The notes under the pieces were generated by a model. It did not search any database, had not been told where the DNA came from, and worked only from the letters and a program-made list of their open reading frames with translations. The translations under genes were made by a program, and so were the position numbers. From positions 50,738-114,737 of the forward strand of contig JAFQFV010000021.1 of the NCBI GenBank assembly GCA_017398555.1: a DNA stretch of 64,000 bases. The letters are read 5' to 3'. This document shows positions 60,702 through 64,000 of this stretch, in pieces. The DNA is from Alistipes sp. (lineage in GTDB: Bacteria; Bacteroidota; Bacteroidia; Bacteroidales; Rikenellaceae). Every line of letters starts with the position of its first letter. The stretch's first letter is position 1.

Positions 60702-61544
60702 CTATTGTGGGATAAACACATACGTTATCGTTCCCTCCTGCTTTGCAGGTGCATCGCTGTTATGGTCAAAGGTTGAGCCCTTTGCAGCAGCGATTGCGGT
60801 TTGGCGCATACACTCATCGCCACCGCTGACGACCACTGCGGAGATAACCTTTCCGGTGCGGTCAATGACAGCCTTAACCTCTACATCACCACCACCCTCA
60901 CAACGATACGCCGGCTTTACAAGATAACGGGAATAGCGCACAGGGTTCTTGAAGGAGAAGGAGACTGTTACGGTTCCCTTAACCTTTTTGTCGCCGTTTG
61001 TGTTACCGCTATCGCTCTTACTATCTTCAGTGCGTTCGCCCGCACGTTTTGCATCCTTCAGTCCCTTCTCATACGCCTCACGATTGGCACGCATACGAGC
61101 CTCAACAGCCTCTGCATCAGCATTTAACTCCGAGGTCTTTGTACCACGATCATCCGAGAGGTTTTCGTTCAGAGCATTCTCATTTGAGGAGGTATTTCGG
61201 ATTTTACTCCAGTCGATTTTCGAGTTTGCACGGCGCACCTCCTCAGCAAGACGGTCGCGCTCCTTTTCGAGCAGTTCTACCGTCTGCAAATCGATATACA
61301 TACCCTGCTGTGAGGCCTTGCGCCCGATAACAATCTTCGAGGCGAAGAAGCTGATACCTATAAGCAGATAGATGATGATGGTAATACAGAGTCCTATACG
61401 ATGGTCATAGGCCCAACTGCCGACATCCTCCTTGCGATTATCAAATGGCAATCGCAACGGTTTTCGACGAGGACGCACAGGCGGTTTTACATCGCCTTTC
61501 GATGTTGTAAAAGTCGCTTTTTTATCTTGTGGTTCTATACCCAT
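60702..61544 (-). CDS. TonB-family energy transducer (second paralogue)
   Basis: Single TM, charged linker, PAYRCEGGGDVEV...QEGTITYVFIPQ. Confidence 0.8.
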   Translation of the reverse strand: MGIEPQDKKATFTTSKGDVKPPVRPRRKPLRLPFDNRKEDVGSWAYDHRIGLCITIIIYLLIGISFFASKIVIGRKASQQGMYIDLQTVELLEKERDRLAEEVRRANSKIDWSKIRNTSSNENALNENLSDDRGTKTSELNADAEAVEARMRANREAYEKGLKDAKRAGERTEDSKSDSGNTNGDKKVKGTVTVSFSFKNPVRYSRYLVKPAYRCEGGGDVEVKAVIDRTGKVISAVVVSGGDECMRQTAIAAAKGSTFDHNSDAPAKQEGTITYVFIPQ

Positions 61545-61569
61545 CTCTCACAATTTCGTTTTGTCACCA

Positions 61570-61606
61570 CAAATGTAGCATTTATTCCGAAAATTTACTA
61601 TATTTG
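61570..61606. promoter_or_regulatory. Divergent -7 elements (TACATTTG minus 61570-61577; TATATTTG plus 61599-61606)
   Basis: TAnnTTTG matches facing the TonB gene and lpxC. Confidence 0.55.
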
Positions 61607-61628
61607 TACCCAAATTATTTTTAATGTT

Positions 61629-63029
61629 ATGACAACAACATCTAACACTAAACAGCAGACGCTTGCTGCCCCGCTAACCTTTTCGGGCAAAGGTCTGCAT
61701 ACCGGAGTCAAGGTGACTATGACAGTAAACCCCGCTCCGGAGGATCATGGAATTGTATTTCGCCGCATTGACCTTGAGGGTCAGCCTACTATACCAGCTC
61801 TGTGCGAATATGTTACAGACACCTCTCGTGGTACTACCATTGAGATTAACGGCGTGAGAATCAGCACTATCGAGCACATTATGTCCGCACTTTGGACTAT
61901 GGGTTGTGACAATGCGCTGATTGATATTGACAACACCGAGACCCCTATTATGGATGGCTCTGCCAAGGCTTATGCAGCGGAGATCTCTCGCGTAGGTCTT
62001 GTTGAGCAGGCTGCCGAGCGTCGTTACTATGAGGTACGCGAGAAGCAGGTATATACCATTCCTGAGAAGGGTGTGGCTATCGTTCTCTACCCTGATGAGG
62101 AGTTTTCGGTATCAGTGCACATCGATTTTAACTCAAAGGTAGTTGGTAATCAGTATGCTGTGCTTGTTCCTGAGGATGATTATGCGTCAAAGATTGCCCC
62201 TTGCCGTACATTTGTATTCTTGCACGAGTTGGAGCCTCTCTTTAAGATGAACCTTATCAAGGGCGGTGATTTGGACAACGCTATTGTTGTGGTAGAAAAC
62301 CCTGTATCTGATGAGCAGCTTGACCACCTGAAGAACATCTTTGGCAAGAAGGATATCCGCGTTACAGGAGGTTATCTGAACAACCTTGAGTTGCGCGCAA
62401 ACAACGAGCTTGCTCGTCACAAGTTGCTCGACCTGCTTGGAGATTTCGCTCTGCTCGGCATCCGCATCAAGGGTCGTGTATGGGCTACCCGTCCCGGCCA
62501 CTTTGCAAATACGGAGTTTATGAAGCAGATTCGTACAACCATCCGTCGTGAAGGTGTAAAGCCACGCTTCAAGTACAATCCGCGCACAGCTCCTATCTAT
62601 GATGTGAATGAGATTCGTCAGATGTTGCCACATCGCTATCCATTCTTGCTTGTGGATCGTATTTTCCACATCGACGGCACATCTATCGCCGGTATAAAGA
62701 ATATTACAGCCAACGAACCATTCTTCCAGGGTCACTTCCCTGAGGAGCCTGTAATGCCCGGAGTGCTTATCGTCGAGGCGATGGCGCAGTGTGGTGGCAT
62801 TTGGGCTATCAGCAATACCGAGGAGAAGGGCAACTACTCAACCTACTTCCTCAGAATAGATAACGTACGCTTCAAGCACAAGGTAACCCCTGGTGACACT
62901 CTTCAGATGGAGTGCGAGCTGGCATCACCTATGCGCCGCGGTATCGCATCGCTCATCTGTAAGGCATTTGTCGGCGGCACGCTCGTCTGCGAGGCTGAAC
63001 TTATGGCGCAGATTGTTAAGAATAAGTAA
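61629..63029 (+). CDS. lpxC-fabZ: Bifunctional LpxC / FabZ
   Basis: GKGLHTG, TIEH, PIMDGS, RHKLLDL.GD; then LPHRYPFLLVD, FFQGHFP..PVMPGVL..EAMAQ; start set to MTTTSN. Confidence 0.95.
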   Translation: MTTTSNTKQQTLAAPLTFSGKGLHTGVKVTMTVNPAPEDHGIVFRRIDLEGQPTIPALCEYVTDTSRGTTIEINGVRISTIEHIMSALWTMGCDNALIDIDNTETPIMDGSAKAYAAEISRVGLVEQAAERRYYEVREKQVYTIPEKGVAIVLYPDEEFSVSVHIDFNSKVVGNQYAVLVPEDDYASKIAPCRTFVFLHELEPLFKMNLIKGGDLDNAIVVVENPVSDEQLDHLKNIFGKKDIRVTGGYLNNLELRANNELARHKLLDLLGDFALLGIRIKGRVWATRPGHFANTEFMKQIRTTIRREGVKPRFKYNPRTAPIYDVNEIRQMLPHRYPFLLVDRIFHIDGTSIAGIKNITANEPFFQGHFPEEPVMPGVLIVEAMAQCGGIWAISNTEEKGNYSTYFLRIDNVRFKHKVTPGDTLQMECELASPMRRGIASLICKAFVGGTLVCEAELMAQIVKNK

Positions 63030-63046
63030 TAAAACAGAGATAAATT

Positions 63047-63829
63047 ATGATTAGTCCACTTGCTTATGTGCACCCTGATGCACAGATTGGAAACAATGTA
63101 ACAGTAGAGCCTTTTGCATATATCGCAGGCGATGTAGTTATCGGTGACGATTGCTGGATTGGTCCCGGCGCAGTTATTCACGATGGCGCACGTATCGGTA
63201 AGCGTTGCAAGATTCACACCGCAGCATCAATCTCTTGCCTTCCGCAGGACCTTAAGTTCCGTGGTGAGAAGACCACTGCCGAGATTGGTGACGACAACGA
63301 CATTCGCGAGTGCGTAACCATCAGCCGTGGTACAGCCTCTCGTGGTAAGACCGTTATCGGCAATGGTAACCTGCTGATGGCATACGTACACGTTGCTCAC
63401 GATGACGTTATCGGTAGCCACTGCGTTGTTGCAAACCGTTGCTCATTTGCCGGCGAGGTAGAGGTTGGTGACTGGGTAGTTATCGGCGGTCACTGCGCTA
63501 TCCACCAGTGGGTGAAGATTGGCGACCACGTAATGCTCCAGGGCGGAACACTGCTTACTAAGGATGTTCCTCCATTTATCACCGTTCGTAGCGACACCTC
63601 AAGCTATGCAGGCCTTAACCGCATCGGTCTTCAGCGTCGCGGATTTACTGACGAGCAGCTCGACAACCTCACAAAGACTTGCCGCATCCTCTTCCAGAGC
63701 GATATGAACTATATGAACGCCTGCAACGAAGCAGAGGCACAAGTTCCGCAGTCAGCTGAGCGTGATGCACTGATTGACTTTATCCGCTCATCTCAGCGCG
63801 GTGTCATTAAGCCATATACCTCGAAGTAG
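63047..63829 (+). CDS. lpxA: UDP-N-acetylglucosamine O-acyltransferase
   Basis: Hexapeptide repeats; PQDLKF, RECVTI.RGT, HVAHD, GLNRIGL.RRGF. Confidence 0.96.
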   Translation: MISPLAYVHPDAQIGNNVTVEPFAYIAGDVVIGDDCWIGPGAVIHDGARIGKRCKIHTAASISCLPQDLKFRGEKTTAEIGDDNDIRECVTISRGTASRGKTVIGNGNLLMAYVHVAHDDVIGSHCVVANRCSFAGEVEVGDWVVIGGHCAIHQWVKIGDHVMLQGGTLLTKDVPPFITVRSDTSSYAGLNRIGLQRRGFTDEQLDNLTKTCRILFQSDMNYMNACNEAEAQVPQSAERDALIDFIRSSQRGVIKPYTSK

Positions 63830-63846
63830 GCTTTGATGGTGTAACC

Positions 63847-63875
63847 AAAGGGCTGTCCGCGGGGCAGCCTTTTTT
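63847..63875 (+). terminator. Rho-independent terminator after lpxA
   Basis: GGCTGTCC-GCG-GGGCAGCC-TTTTTT. Confidence 0.75.
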
Positions 63876-63889
63876 ATAGACTTAAAAGT

Positions 63890-64000
63890 ATGAAGAGGCT
63901 AATTATTACACTTTTCGTTGTTCTGTCAGCCATATCGGCAATGGCACAACAGAGTGCGAAGATAGATAAAATATGGCTTGAGCACGGAGTGACACAGGAC
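63890..64000 (+). CDS. Secreted protein, 5' fragment (truncated by the window edge)
   Basis: MKRLIITLFVVLSAISAMAQQ signal peptide, open to the end. Confidence 0.6.
   Translation, partial: MKRLIITLFVVLSAISAMAQQSAKIDKIWLEHGVTQD

Noticed and set aside
61401-61628. N-terminal extension of LpxC-FabZ
   Set aside because: Overlaps the divergent TonB gene and promoters; LpxC homology starts at 61629

Overview
Chromosomal window from a Bacteroidales organism, most likely Rikenellaceae/Alistipes-like (inferred from SusC/SusD, fused LpxC-FabZ, fused SecDF and TAnnTTTG promoters). Most genes are on the minus strand. Core genes: secDF, gpsA, the plsC-parE-parC-aroK-phosphoesterase-murI-ftsK-lolA run, tamB-exbB-exbD-tonB, tsaD, korAB, lpxC/fabZ-lpxA. 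Accessory content: (i) a PqqD / His-Cys-rich RAPP-tailed peptide / TonB receptor / HMA metal-uptake operon; (ii) a SusC-SusD locus with a metallophosphoesterase and no recognisable CAZyme; (iii) three surface lipoproteins sharing a fimbrillin-like module, two of them fused to enzymes (an SGNH hydrolase and a non-specific endonuclease). The first of these (>1163 aa) and a 43-aa peptide upstream of it are missing from the ORF track. The most unusual signal is non-coding. About ten copies of a ~125-bp structured element keep the same fold through compensatory changes while their sequence diverges. They sit flush against stop codons of minus-strand genes in one fixed orientation, and the G-T wobbles I checked favour folding of the strand antisense to the mRNA. 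Further structured repeat families, an apparent nested insertion and internally deleted derivatives cluster with them. No transposase, integrase, cas gene, rRNA or tRNA was recognised. All alignments and folds were done by eye.
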